A stretch of 64,000 bases of DNA from Chiloscyllium plagiosum (Eukaryota). The translations under genes and the position numbers were made by a program. The stretch is taken from contig NC_057755.1 in the NCBI RefSeq assembly GCF_004010195.1, positions 12,397,137 through 12,461,136 on the forward strand. Direction: 5' to 3'. The notes under the pieces are model-generated. The model saw only the letters and a program-made list of their open reading frames with translations, did no database searches and was not told the origin of the DNA. Positions 37,283-49,664 of this stretch are shown here, piece by piece. Position 1 is the stretch's first letter. The number at the start of each line of letters is the position of its first letter.

Positions 37283-37485
37283 TGTGGTGCTGGAAAAGCA
37301 CAGCAGTTCAGGCAGCATTCAAGGAGCAGGAAAATTGACGTTTCAGGCATAAGCCCTTCAGGAATTCCTGATGAAGATCTTACACCTGAAACATTGATTC
37401 TCCTGCTCCTCGGATGCTGCCTGACCTGCTGTGCTTTTCCAGCACCACAATCTGATATCCAGCATCTGTAGTCCTCACTTTTTCT
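37283..37485. mobile_element. Penelope-derived hairpin mini-element (same family, opposite orientation)
   Basis: TGTGGTGCTGGAAAAGCACAGCAG...CTGCTGTGCTTTTCCAGCACCACA; CTGATGAAG...GAAACATTG core. Confidence 0.8.
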
Positions 37486-38350
37486 ACTCCTTCCCCAGAA
37501 GTCAAGAGCAATTCCAAAAGACTTTGTTGCACTTCCTGCATGGCATTTCCCATGCTCGCTGCTGGAAGTAGCCCAACAGCAGTGAAATGAGGCTCTTAAA
37601 GGATCACTTAAGGACCTTAATTACCAGTCTTCATCAGCATGGGGCAGGCAAGTGGTAAATTTCTCTTCCACTACCCTACATTCTGATTAAATGGCCCCTA
37701 TACCACCAAATGTATAATGGATGAGCACAAACTTTTGCCCACATTGAATGAACACTTGGTTGTGAACATGGAACACTTCAACATCAGTAGGGAACTATGT
37801 AGTACAATAAAACCAGAGAGTAAGGGGGAATAGCTGAGGACTCAACTAGTTGAATGAGATAAGTGGTATTCCCAGGAATCTACACTGGTGTCTCAGTCTT
37901 TCAATCCATTTCTCAATTTCCTAGATGAAAGAATAAAGAACTCTCTGTTTATAATGTAAACATTTAAAATTCTCAGTCCCAGTCAATATTTTGTCAATTC
38001 ATTCCACTGAGATGACCATAATCACCACACAGTTGAGCACAGTACAGAGGGAGGTAAGATACCAGTTTCAGTCCTGCCTGAAATTTATTTGGAAGGAGCA
38101 TATCATAATGTCAAGTAAAGACAATGCTAATCTTGGTGTAGCCATGTGAAGGAGAAAGTTTTATCTCTGAATAGTTTGTGATGGGGGTGGGGGGGGGGGA
38201 TCTAGCAAGAAGATTAGGAAGTTGACAGGGATGATAGAAGATAACTGATACCTGTGAATTCTTGTCTGTGTGTCTCTATTCTTGGAGGGGAGAAGATTAG
38301 GAGGCAAAAGGATGATTTTATAACTTACTGTGTGACATTCTCATTTCCAG

Positions 38351-38470
38351 TTGTTTGACCACATTGTAGAATGCATCGTTCACTTTCTGGAATATATGGG
38401 AATGAAGGGCATCCGGCTTTCCGTAGGTTTCACATTCTCTTTTCCCTGCGTGCAGAAACAGTTGGACCAG
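38351..38470 (+). CDS. HKDC1: Hexokinase (HKDC1-like), exon 12 equivalent, GC donor
   Basis: tttccag|TTG...GACCAG|gcaagt; 120 bp; [40 protein letters not shown]. Confidence 0.9.
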
Positions 38471-39145
38471 GCAAGTTCCTACAATATTGTGGATGATTGG
38501 ATCCCTTTAGTTATTACAAAAAAGAATTTGTATTGCTATTAATCTAGTATTAAATTATGGAATGACCATTATGAAATAACGAAAGATGGGAAAGTTCATG
38601 AAAGTTATCATATATCATCTATTGTTCACAGCATTCGGCTAGGAATAGCTCCAGGATACATCAACCTTTACAATTCGTTCCAACCATTTCTCGCTTCTGT
38701 CTTCATAAAGGAGACATACCAGAATATGGTATTTCATACCAGAAACGATCGGGAATGTAGGGTTTAGTCTGAGGAAGGAACTGAAACAAATCAGCTATTG
38801 TTCACTCCATACTGCCATGCAATGGGGCTCATGGAAACACAAAAACAGAAGGTAGCTGCAGATTATCTGAGAAACTGGGATGCTGCCTGAAAAAGAAGAT
38901 CCACTAGGCTGCATCTGGGAATAGCTTTGTGAGAAATCTGGAACAATGCATCTTTTGGGTGATGTTTGGTCCTGTGAAACTCATAGATTAGACAGGATAA
39001 CTGGGGATTGGACTCGTTCTTTGAATTGAAAATTCGGGGGTCTGCTCTACGATCATAACAACTAAAAGAGCAAGTGTATTTTGGACACTATTGCTTGGAC
39101 AATGTCACAAGAAAACCAGATGATCTGACAATGCTCAATGTGACG

Positions 39146-39772
39146 TGTGACGATCCTGCTCCTTCAACAAGGTTGTGTTGTCCTTGGCATTTTTCAAAAG
39201 GATTGTATGAAGCAGAGTTGCTAAAATGTCTGCATTCATCTACTTATGAAGCTCTTCAAGTTTAAAAACAAACTTGTACAATGAAAGGGGAGTGGCCGGT
39301 TCTCCCAACTTTTCCCTGGTTTGGTTTGATTTGGTTTGGTTTCAGCAAGCAGTCAGTTTTTGAAGCTGCTGGTCAAAGAAACAGCTACATGAAAGAAAGT
39401 GTTCCATGCTGAATATCTCTGCCCTCTGTCTGTCTCTCTCTCTCTCTCTCTCCCCCTCTCCCCCCAGTAAGACCCTGTGTTTGATTTTACCTTTTTTGTC
39501 AAGGGGTGTTTATGGGGATTGTTGCAGGAATTTGGAACAGCATCATTAAGTTGGATATTCTGTTGGAGGTTAAATTATTCTATATTCTACGCTCTTTTGT
39601 TTCAGTTTCATTCTGTAATCTTGCCAATAAATTCTGATTTGTTTATAACTAAGTGGTTGGGCTAACTGCATCCCTCCTGGAATATCCACTGTACCTCTGC
39701 TTAAAACAACGAGCAAAGTTAGAATTTGGGCTATTTTCATGAAATGTTTTGAGGGTGTCTGTCCTGGTCCAG
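39146..39772 (+). mobile_element. Putative 5' LTR of the gypsy element
   Basis: Starts TGTGAC, contains a (CT)n tract and AATAAA, and lies just upstream of gag-like sequence; no second LTR found. Confidence 0.4.
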
Positions 39773-39827
39773 AATTTGTTCTATAGTTCCAAATTGGGAT
39801 TAGCGTTGTTGGACTTGAAGGCAGTGA

Positions 39828-40148
39828 GCGGCACGGTGGCTCAGTGGTTAGCACTGCTACCTCACAGCATCCGGGTCCTAGGTTCAATTCTAGCCTCGGG
39901 CAACTGCCTGTGTGGAGTTTGCACATTCTCCCTGTGTCTGCGTGGGTTTCCTCTGGGTGCTCCGGTTTCCTCCCACAATAGAAAGATGTGCAGGTCAGGT
40001 GAATTGGCCATGCTAAAATTGCCCATAGTGTTAGGTACATCAGTCAGAGGGAAATGGGTCTGGGTGGGTTACTCTTCGGAGGGTCGGTGTGGACTCGTTG
40101 TGCCGAAGGGCCTGTTTCCACACTCTAGGGAATCTAATCTAATCTAAT
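39828..40148 (+). mobile_element. HE1 SINE
   Basis: Full head, core and TAATC tail. Confidence 0.9.
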
Positions 40149-40770
40149 GTCTTTTGTTCCAGGTGTTGAATTCAGTTGGTTTCAGTGTTTGGGATAGCAA
40201 TGGCTCTCTCAATAACTTAGAGTTTTCTGAGGGTGGAAGAAGTGACTTTGGGGGCCTTAGAACAGTTGAATAAACTGCTCTAATTAGCAAACAGTCTGGA
40301 GTTGGAACTGCCTCATTCCATGAGGAAAGGAGAGATAATGACAGCAATAGCTCAGCATTTAAATTTGCTGGATACACCATCAGAGTCTTTGGAGATGGTT
40401 AAATTCAATTGAAAATGTAACAGCTTGAGTTAGAGGCAACGGGAAAAGAAATGAAACAGTTTGAGTTACGATTAAAAGCAAAAGAAAGAGAAAAAGAACA
40501 AATTGCTTGAACAAAATAAAAAGAAAGAAAGAGAGACAATAGAGAAAAGGAGAGAGAGGAAAGGAAGACAAACAGAGAATTTAAATTTAAGAAGTGCAAC
40601 TTACACAGGAGTTCAAAACTTCACTTCCTGAAGTGGGGAGAACTTCTGTGGAAGAGCAGAGAGTTAAAAACACAAGATTAGCAGCTGACATGGCTGATGA
40701 TTATGAGTTGGTTCATATTTCAAAGTTTGGTTTCCAAATTCAATTTCAATCCATGAGGGATAGAAATTGG

Positions 40771-43700
40771 AAGAAGAAAAATGAACAAAGAAAATTGCAT
40801 TGCAGGAACAGGCCCTTTGGCCTTCCTAGCCTGCGCTGATCCAGATCCTCTATCTAAATCTGACGCCTATTTTCCAAGGATCTGTATCCCTCTGCTCCCT
40901 GCCCATTCATGTATCTGTTTAGACATTACGTTATTGTGCCCACCTCTACCACCTCCATTGGCAACGCATTCCAGGTACCTACCACCCTCTGCGTAAAGAA
41001 TTTTACACGCATATCTCCCTTAAACGTTTCTCCTCTCACCCTGAACTCATGACCCTCATAACTGAGTCCCCCACTCTGGGAAAAAGCTTCTTGTTATCCA
41101 CACTGTCTATACCTCTCATGATTTTGTAGACCCCCCCCAACTCCATCTTTCTAATGAAAACAATCTTAATCTACTCAACCTCTCTTCATAGCTAGTGCCC
41201 TCCATACCAGGCAACATCCCAGTAAACCTCCTCTCCAAAGCATCCACATCGTTTTGTAATGTGGTGACCAGAACTGTACGTAGCAATCCAAATGTCATCG
41301 AACCAAAGTCCTATACAACTGCAATGTGACCTACCAACTCTTGTACTCAATGCCCTGTCTGATGAAGGAAGGTATGCCTTCTTGACCACCCTATCGACCT
41401 GCATTGCCACCTTCAGGATACAATGGACCTGAACACCCAGATATCTCTGTACATCAATTTTCCCAGGACTTTTCCATCTACCATATTATTCAATTTTGAA
41501 CTGGATCTTCCAAAATGCATCATCTGACATTTGCCTGGATTGAATTCCATCTGCCATTTCTCTGCCCAACTCTTGAATCTATACAGATTCTGCTATATTT
41601 TCTGGCAGTCCATTCACTATCTGCTCCTCCACCAATCTTAGCATCATCTGCAAACTTGTTAATCAGACCACCTATACCTTCAATCAGATCATTTTTGTAT
41701 ATCACAAACAACAGTGGTCCCAACACAAATCTTGTGGAAAACCATTGGTCACAGTTCTCCATTTTGAGAAATTCCCTTCCACTGCTACTCTCTGTCTCCA
41801 GTTGCCCAGCCAGTTCTCTATCCATCTAGCTAGTACACCCTCGACCCCATGCGATTTTACTTTCTCCATTAGCCTACCATGGGGAATCTTATCAAATGCC
41901 TTACTGTAGTCAATGTATGTGAGATCTACAGCCCTTCCCTCATCAATCAACTTTGTCACTTCCTCAAAGAATTCTATTAAGTTGATAAGACATGACCTTC
42001 CCTGCATAAAACCATGTTGTCTGTCATTGATAAGCCCAATTTCTTCCAAACGGAAATAGATCCTATCCCTCAGTACCTTCTCCAGCAGCTTCCCTACCAC
42101 TGACATCAGGCTCACCGGTCAATAATTACCTGGATTATTTCTGCTACCCTTCTTAAGCAGGGGAAAACATTCGCAATTCTTCAGTCCTCTGGGATCTCAC
42201 CCGTGTTCAAGGATGCTGCAGATATCTGTTAAGGCCCCTTTCCTTTCCTTCAGTAACCTGGGATAGATCCCATTCAGACCTGGGGACTTGTCCACCTTAT
42301 TGCCTTTTAGAATACCCAACCCTTCCTCCCTCCTTATGCTGACTTGACTTAGAGTAATCAAACATCTGTCCTTAACCTCAACATATCATGTCCCTCTCCT
42401 CGGTAAATACCGATGCAAAGTACTCATTAAGAATCTCACCCATTTTCTCTGACTGCACGCATCACTTTCCTCCTTTGTCCTGAGTGAGATAACTCTTTCT
42501 CTAGTTACCCTCTTGCTCCTTAGATACGAATAAAAGGCTTTGGGATTTTCTTAAACCTATTTACTAAAGATGTTTCATGATCCCTTTTAGCCCTCTTAAT
42601 TCCTCACTTCAGACTGGTCTTACTTTCCCAATATTCTTCCAAAACTTTATTTGTCTTCAGTCACCTCAACCATATATATGCTTCCTTTTCCCTCTTAGCT
42701 AGTATCACAATTTCACCTGTCATCCATGATTCCCTAATCTTGCCATTTCTATCCCCCATTTTTGCGTGGACCTTTCTGTCCTACACTCTAATCAACTTGA
42801 CTTTAAAAGCCTCCCACACATCAAATGTAGATTTACCTTCAAACAGCTGCTCCCAATCTACATTCCCCAGCTCCTGCTGAATTTTGCTGTAGTTGGCCTT
42901 CCTCCAATTTAGACCCTTCCTTTAGGACCTCTCTCGTCTTTGTCCATTAGTATTCCAAAACATATGGAACTGTGATCACTATTCCCAAAGTAATCCCCTA
43001 CTGAAACTTCAACCACCTGTGTGGGCTCATTCCCCAACACCAGGTCCAGTATGGCCCCTTCCCAAGTTGGACTATTTTCATATTGCTCTAGAAAACTCTC
43101 CTGGATATTCCTTACAAATTCTGCTCCATCTAAACCTCTAACACTAAGTGAATCCCAGTCAATGTTGGGAAAATTAAATTCTCCCATCACCACTCCCTGT
43201 TGCTTCTACATCTTTCCATAATCTTTCTACATATTTGTTCCTCTATCTCACACTTGCTGTTGGGAGGCCTGTATTACAACCCCAACATTGTTACCGCACT
43301 CTTCCTATTTCTGAGCTATGCCCATGTTGCCTCACAACTTGAATCCTCCATAGTGCCCTCCTTTAGCACAGCTCTGATATCCTCTCTGACCAGTAATGCA
43401 ACTCTTCTGCCCCTTTTACCTCCCTCTCTATCCTGCCTGAAGCATCAATATTCTGGGATATTTAGTTGCCAATCATGCCCTTCCCTCAACCAAGTCTCAG
43501 TAATAGCAATAACATAATACACCCAGGCACTAATCCAAGCCCTAAGTTCATCTGCCTTGCCTACTACGCTGCTTATATTAAAAAAGCACCTCAGACCACC
43601 TGTCCCTTTGTGTTCATCATCTACTCCCTGATATCTCTTCCCCTTCGTCATGCTGACTTCATTATCTATTTCTTTATCGGCTTTAGATACTACCTCCCTA

Positions 43701-45031
43701 CAGTCCACTTACTACTCATTTGGTTCCCACTGCTGCCACATTAGTTTAAACCCTCCCCAACAATGTTAGCAGAAGCACCCCCAGATCATTGGTTCTAGTC
43801 TGGCCAGGTGTAGACTGTCGAATTTGTAATAGTCCCACCTCCCCCAGAATCGGTCCTAATGTCCCAAAAATCTGAATCCCATCTTTCAAGCCATGCATTT
43901 GTCCTGCCTATTCTTTCATTTCTGCTCTGACTAGCATGTGACACTGGTAGCAATCCTGTGATTAGTATCTTTGAGATCCCACATTTTAGCTTAGCTCCGA
44001 ACTCCCTAAATTCTGCTTGTGGGACTTCATTCTGTTTTTTACCTATATCATTGGTGCCTATATGCACCACGACAACTGGCTGTTCGCCCTCTCCCTTCAG
44101 AATGTTCTGCAGCCGATTTGAGACATCCTTGACCCATGCACCTGGGAGTCTTGTTTTTGACCTATCTACTCCCCTTACAATTGAATCCCCTATGACCAAG
44201 TCCTTCCACTCTTTTCCCACCCTTATGTACAGCAGAGCCAGCCACATAGCCATGAACCTGGCTACTGCTGCCTTCCCCTGGTGAGCCATCTCACCCAACA
44301 CTATCCAAAACGGTAAACCTGTTTTGGAGGGAGATGACTGCAAGGGACACCTGCAATATCTTCCTGCTCTTTCTCTGCCTTTTGATCACCCATTCCCTTT
44401 CTCCATCAGCAATCCTAATCGTGGTGTGACGTGCTATCCACGACCACCTCAGCACCATGGACGCTCAAAAATGAGACCATCCGCAGCTCCAGAGCCGTCA
44501 TGCGGTCTAACAAGAGCTGCAGCTGGACACACTTACTGCACGTGAAGGAGTCAGGGACATCAGCCACGTCCCTGAGCTTCCACAAGAGTAGCATTACACA
44601 GGTCTGAGATCTCCTGCCACTTTTAATCTTAAGCTTACCTTAGTCCAAACATAATATCAAATAATAGATAAATGAAAGGAAAGAAAAGAAAAAAATGTAC
44701 CAATCACATGATAAAAAAGGAATAGAAAACCCTTACCTTTACTGACACAACAGAGTCTTTTTTTTGGTTGGAGGATGAGAACGGGTGGGAGATACTACAC
44801 ATGTACTGTCTCAGGTTTAGCAGCTGCCCAAATATATCAGTTCACTCACCTTCCCAAAGCGACTGCTCTCACTCAGCTCCTCGCTCTCATCACTCCTGCT
44901 CCCACTGCTGCTGCAGCAAATGGAGGCTGTTAACTCTCGAGGTAAGTCCTTTTAAAGGGAAATCTACCTTCCCAGCAGCCCCCTGGTCCTCACTCTCACC
45001 GCTGCTGCTTGCTGCTGCTGCTGCTGCTGCT
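40771..45031 (-). mobile_element. Near full-length CR1 LINE inserted in gypsy gag, 8-bp TSD
   Basis: VIGDSIVRG/VHIGTNDIG esterase, IAITETWL and GNSDH endonuclease, FADD RT; GAAATTGG at 40763..40770 and 45032..45039. Confidence 0.9.
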
Positions 45032-45864
45032 GAAATTGGGGAAATAAGAAATCCTCATGTGGAAAGGGAAAGGTAGATCTCGGTGAAGATCATAAGGATC
45101 TACAGGGTAAAAAGGAAACCCTTGAAGGGGAAAGAGAAGTTAAAAAAACTCCGGTGTTTCACTGCATAAAGTAGGCCATGTGAAATGACAGTGTTGGTGG
45201 GTTAGAAAAAGTACTGGGAAGCCAGATGTAGGAAAACAGGATAAGCCAGTGAATTTTGTTTTGGTAAAGGAAGGCACAGTGGAAGCTAGAAAGCTGAACC
45301 AGAATGTACAACCTGGACAGAGGTTGGTTAAGGAGAAAGTGCCAGATCTTCTTCAACCACACACCTGGGAAGGAAAAGTTTACTTACACAGGCCAGGAGC
45401 AGCAGGTAAAGAGGTTACAATATTAAGACATACAGGATCCTCTCAATTTTTGATGTTGAAAAATGAGGAAATATGTACCTCTGAAGGACTATGCCAGAAA
45501 AGTTGCTTGTAATAGGAATTCGTAGTGCGGCAAGAATAAACTTACAGTGTCCAGTGAAAAATGGAGAAGTCATGGTAGGAGTACTAGACAAACTCTCAGT
45601 TCCAGGAAAAAAAATTGTCCTTGCTAATGATATAGCTGGTTCACAGGTAGGAGTGCTGCCTACTGTGGTTGAAAGGCCAGTAGAAACTCAGGCAACTGAA
45701 CAGGACACATTTTTCCTGACGATGTAGTAACAAGGTCACAAAGTGACCAGTTGCAACAGGAAAGATCAAACAGTACAGATAAGAAAATTGAAGTGGAATT
45801 AGCAGAGACCCTGTTTGATCAGATAGTTAAAACAAACCAGAAGCAGATAGGTGAAAAGCAATGA

Positions 45865-47020
45865 TGAGACAAGCGCTGTAGATGTCATGTACATGGGCTT
45901 CAGTAATGTGTTTGATAAGGTTCCCCATGGTAGGCTGATGGAGAAAGTGAAGTCGCACAGGGTCCAGGGTAGATGGATGGAGAACTGGCTGGGCAACAGG
46001 AGGCAGGGAGTAGTAGTGGAAGGGAGTTTCTCAAAAGGGAGAACTGTAACCAGTGGTCTTCCATAGGGATCTGTGCTGGGACCACTGTTTTTTGTGAATA
46101 ACATAAATGATCTGGAGAAAGGTCTAGGTGATCTGATTACCAAGTTTACAGATGACACTAAGATTGATGGAATAGCATATAGTAAAGGGGACTATCAGAG
46201 AATGCACCACAATATAGATACATTGGAGAGTTAGGGGGAAAAATGGCAGATGAAGTTCAATCCAGACAAATGCAAGGTGATGCATTGTGGAAGATCCAAT
46301 TCAAGAACAATATGGCAAATGGAAAAGCCCTGGGGAAAATTGATGTACAGAGAGATCTGGGAGTTCAGGTCAATTTTACCCTGAAGGTCGATAGAGTGAT
46401 CAAGAAGGCACATTTTCCTTCATCAGACGTGTTTTGAGTATAAGAGTTGGCAGGACATGTTACAGTTTGGTTCGGCCACATATGGAATACTGTGTACAGT
46501 TCTGGTCACCACATTACCAAAAGAATGTGGATGCTTTGGAGAGGATGCAAAGGAGGTTCACCAGGATGTTGCCTGGTATGGAGGGTGCTCGCTTTGAAGA
46601 GAGGTTGAGTAGATTAGAACTTTTTCATTAGAAAGTTGGAGGTTGAGAGGGGACCTGATTGAGGTCTACAAAATCATGAGCGGTATCGGCAAGGTGGATA
46701 GCAAAAAGCTTTTTCCCAGAGTGAGGAACTCAATTTTCAGGGGTCATGAGTTCAAGGTGAAAGGGGAAAAGTTTAAGGGAGATATGAATGGAAAGTTCTT
46801 TACACAGAGGGTGGTGGGTACGTGGAATGCTTTGCCAGTTGAGGTGGTCGAGACAGGCACAATAGCATTGGTTAAGATGTATCTAGACAGATACATGAAT
46901 TGGCAGGGAGCAAGAGGGATTCTTAGAAAATAGGCAACAGGTTTAGATAGAGGATCTGATCAGCGTAGGATTAGAGGGCTGACGAGCCTGTCCCTCTGCT
47001 GTAATTTTCTTTGTTCTTAT
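45865..47020 (+). mobile_element. CR1 3' part nested in gypsy
   Basis: [31 protein letters not shown]. Confidence 0.88.
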
Positions 47021-47512
47021 TCAAACACCTTTAGTTCAGAGAAATTAACTGAATTATAGCAGAAAGATGAGAAACTAAACCAATTGTATCAAAAAGCATA
47101 CAAGGAAGAAGAATCTGAATGTATCCAGTATGCCACTATCTTAGGAGTGATGTCTTAATGAGGAAATGGAAACTATCACATATTCAGGCAGATGAGAAAT
47201 GGGCAGAAGTTCACATTGCCAGTGGGTTATAGAAAGGAGGTGTTGTGGTTGGCGCATGAATTACCAGTAGGGTGTCATTTAGGGGTAAGGAAAACACAGC
47301 CTAAAATACAAAAACATTTTTACTGGCCTGAACTGCACAAGGATGTCATTGAATTTTGCAAGATATGTTAAACATGTCAGGTAATTGGAAAGCCACAAGC
47401 AGTAATAAAATCTGCACCTTTAATACCCATTCCTGTATTTGAGGAACCTTTTATAAGAGTCTTATTTGAGTCTTACCTAAAACAAGAAGTGGGAATCAGT
47501 ATTTGTTAACAA

Positions 47513-47650
47513 TAGGAAGGGTTTGGAGGGATATGGGCCGGGTGCTGGCAGGTGGGACTAGATTGGATTGGGATATCTGGTCGGCATGGACGGGTTGGAC
47601 AGGAGGGTCTGTTTCCATGCTGTATATCTCTATGACTCTATGACTCTATA
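47513..47650 (+). mobile_element. CR1 3' tip nested in the gypsy integrase
   Basis: (CTATGACT)n tail; splits YLLTI from MGVSTRFP. Confidence 0.85.
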
Positions 47651-48406
47651 ATAATGGGTGTGTCCACTAGATTTCCAGAGGCCATTCCATTACACAATAT
47701 CACAGCTAAAAGGATTACACAGGTTACTCAAATTTTTCACTCAATACAGACTACCCACAGAGAAAAATCAGATCAAGGGTTAAACTTCACATCAAAAATA
47801 CTTAAGAAGTTGTGGACAGTGAAGCAATAAAACAATTCAAGTCTACTGCATACCATCCAGAGCCAAAATCAAAAGCTCACAATTTACTATCAGTGTTACT
47901 TCCAGTGATAGGTGAACCTTAAAAGTAAGGTTTAGTAGACCTTTTCAAGCCAAAAGGACATTGAGTGAGGTGAACTATTTGATAAGGACTTCAGACAGGA
48001 AGAAATCTCACATGTCATGTGAATATGCTCAAAAGGTATTTTGACAGCGGAGGAAAGCCAAGGAGACTGTGTTACTGGTTACAACACAGAGTAAAGGACC
48101 AAGTTCAGATGATTCTGAATTGGACATTCCTCAAATTAAGTTGAACAATGAGGAAGTTGTCAAAAATTGGCATAACTTATTCAGTTACCTTCCAGGGGAA
48201 AGTTGAAATCACCTGAAAAAGTGTGGACTATCACAAAGTCAGTGTAGTTCCAAAGACATGTTTGGAAGTCTGTGTTGAGAAGGTGGGACAAGCAATTTAT
48301 ATTCCTAAATTGGACTTGCTAGGAGGATACTAGCAGGTACCTTTATCCAAAAGAGCAAAGTCAATTTCGGCTTTCAAAACGCCAAATGGACTGTATCAAT
48401 TTAAAG

Positions 48407-48533
48407 ATGAAGAAGGGCTTATGCCCGAAACATTGATTCTCCTGCTCCTCAGATGCTGCCTGGCTTGCTGTGTTTTTCCAGTAGCACATTTTTCAACTCT
48501 AGTACTCCAGCATCTGCAGTCCTCACTTTCTCC
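48407..48533 (+). mobile_element. Penelope-derived pLTR fragment with 16-bp TSD in the gypsy RT
   Basis: CTGTATCAATTTAAAG at 48391..48406 and 48534..48549; TGAAGAAGGGCTTATGCCCGAAA. Confidence 0.85.
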
Positions 48534-49664
48534 CTGTATCAATTTAAAGTCATGCTAAGTTCAGAGGATTCTGAATGGGGCATTCCTCAAATTAAATTGG
48601 AAAATGAGGAAGTTGTCAAAAATTGGGTTTAATTATTGAGTTACCTTCCAGAGGAAAATCGAAATGACCTGAAAGAGTCATGAAAAATGTGCCAGCCCCA
48701 TTTCAAAGACTAACCAATAAGATCATTCTGGATTACCCAATTGTATGGTATACATAGATTACCTGGTCACACATGGAATTTAGCAGAATTGTTCGGGAGG
48801 CAAGCTTGGTGGTAAACCTGGCTCAAAGTTAATTTGCCAAAGCCAAAGTCAGCTTCTTGGGCCATGTTATTGGACAAGGACAAACAGCCCCACAGAATGA
48901 AAAAGCAAAGATAATTGAGGAGTTTGCTAAATCATCTACAAAAAACAGTAGTATGATTCCTGGGGTTGTGTGGATTTTGACAAAAGTTAGTACAAAATGT
49001 TTAGCTGTCTGGCTGCTCCACTCACTGAATTGCTAAAGAAAGGCAAGATGTTTCAGTAGACAGCGGACTGTCAGAAGGTATTTGACAGCCTGAAAGCTAA
49101 CCACTGCCCCAGTATTAGACACGCCTAATTACGCACAGCCATTCAAGGTGGCTATCGATGCGAGTGGTGTGGGTGTTGGGCCTGTGCTCTTCCAGGAAAA
49201 TGAGGAGAAGATAGAAAGACCTATCGGGTATTTCTCCAGGAAATTGAACATTATCAGCAGAAATATTCAATGGTTGAGAAGGAGACTTTGAACTTGGTGT
49301 TGTCGTTACAACATTTCAATATTTATGTTACCATATTGTTACCGTAATCATAAATGTTGATCATAACCCACTGAAGTTTGTGGAGAAATTTAAGGACAAA
49401 AACTCCAGACTGTTTAGATGGAACTTGTTGTTACAGGAATTCGATTTAAAATTGGGCATGTGATAGAATGAGAAAATGTGATTGCTGACGTATTGTTGAG
49501 ACTTGGGTGAGAAATGTGCTCGTTAGGTGACAGGAGTAAAACAGACTGTAATTGAATTTAGTGTGCATGTTTACATGTTTATATCCAATGTAATGTATAT
49601 GGGTGTTGTAGTGTACTAACAATCTAAGATTACGGGATTTTAAAATTAAGCCATTTTTGGATGG

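Larger units (their letters stand above)
40380..49510 (+). mobile_element. Decayed Ty3/gypsy LTR retrotransposon, Gmr1-like order (gag-PR-IN-RT-RH), with several nested insertions
   Basis: CCHC knuckle about 45155; ILRHTGSSQ about 45420; AHE..GCHLG..FYWP..CKIC*TCQ about 47250-47380; TRFPEAIPL; LDLLGGY*QVPL and YID about 48310-48760; DASG, YFSRKL, DHNPL, ENVIAD about 49150-49490. Confidence 0.85.

Noticed and set aside
44768..45076. Poly-alanine ORF
   Set aside because: Antisense reading of the CR1 5' UTR (GCT)n tract.
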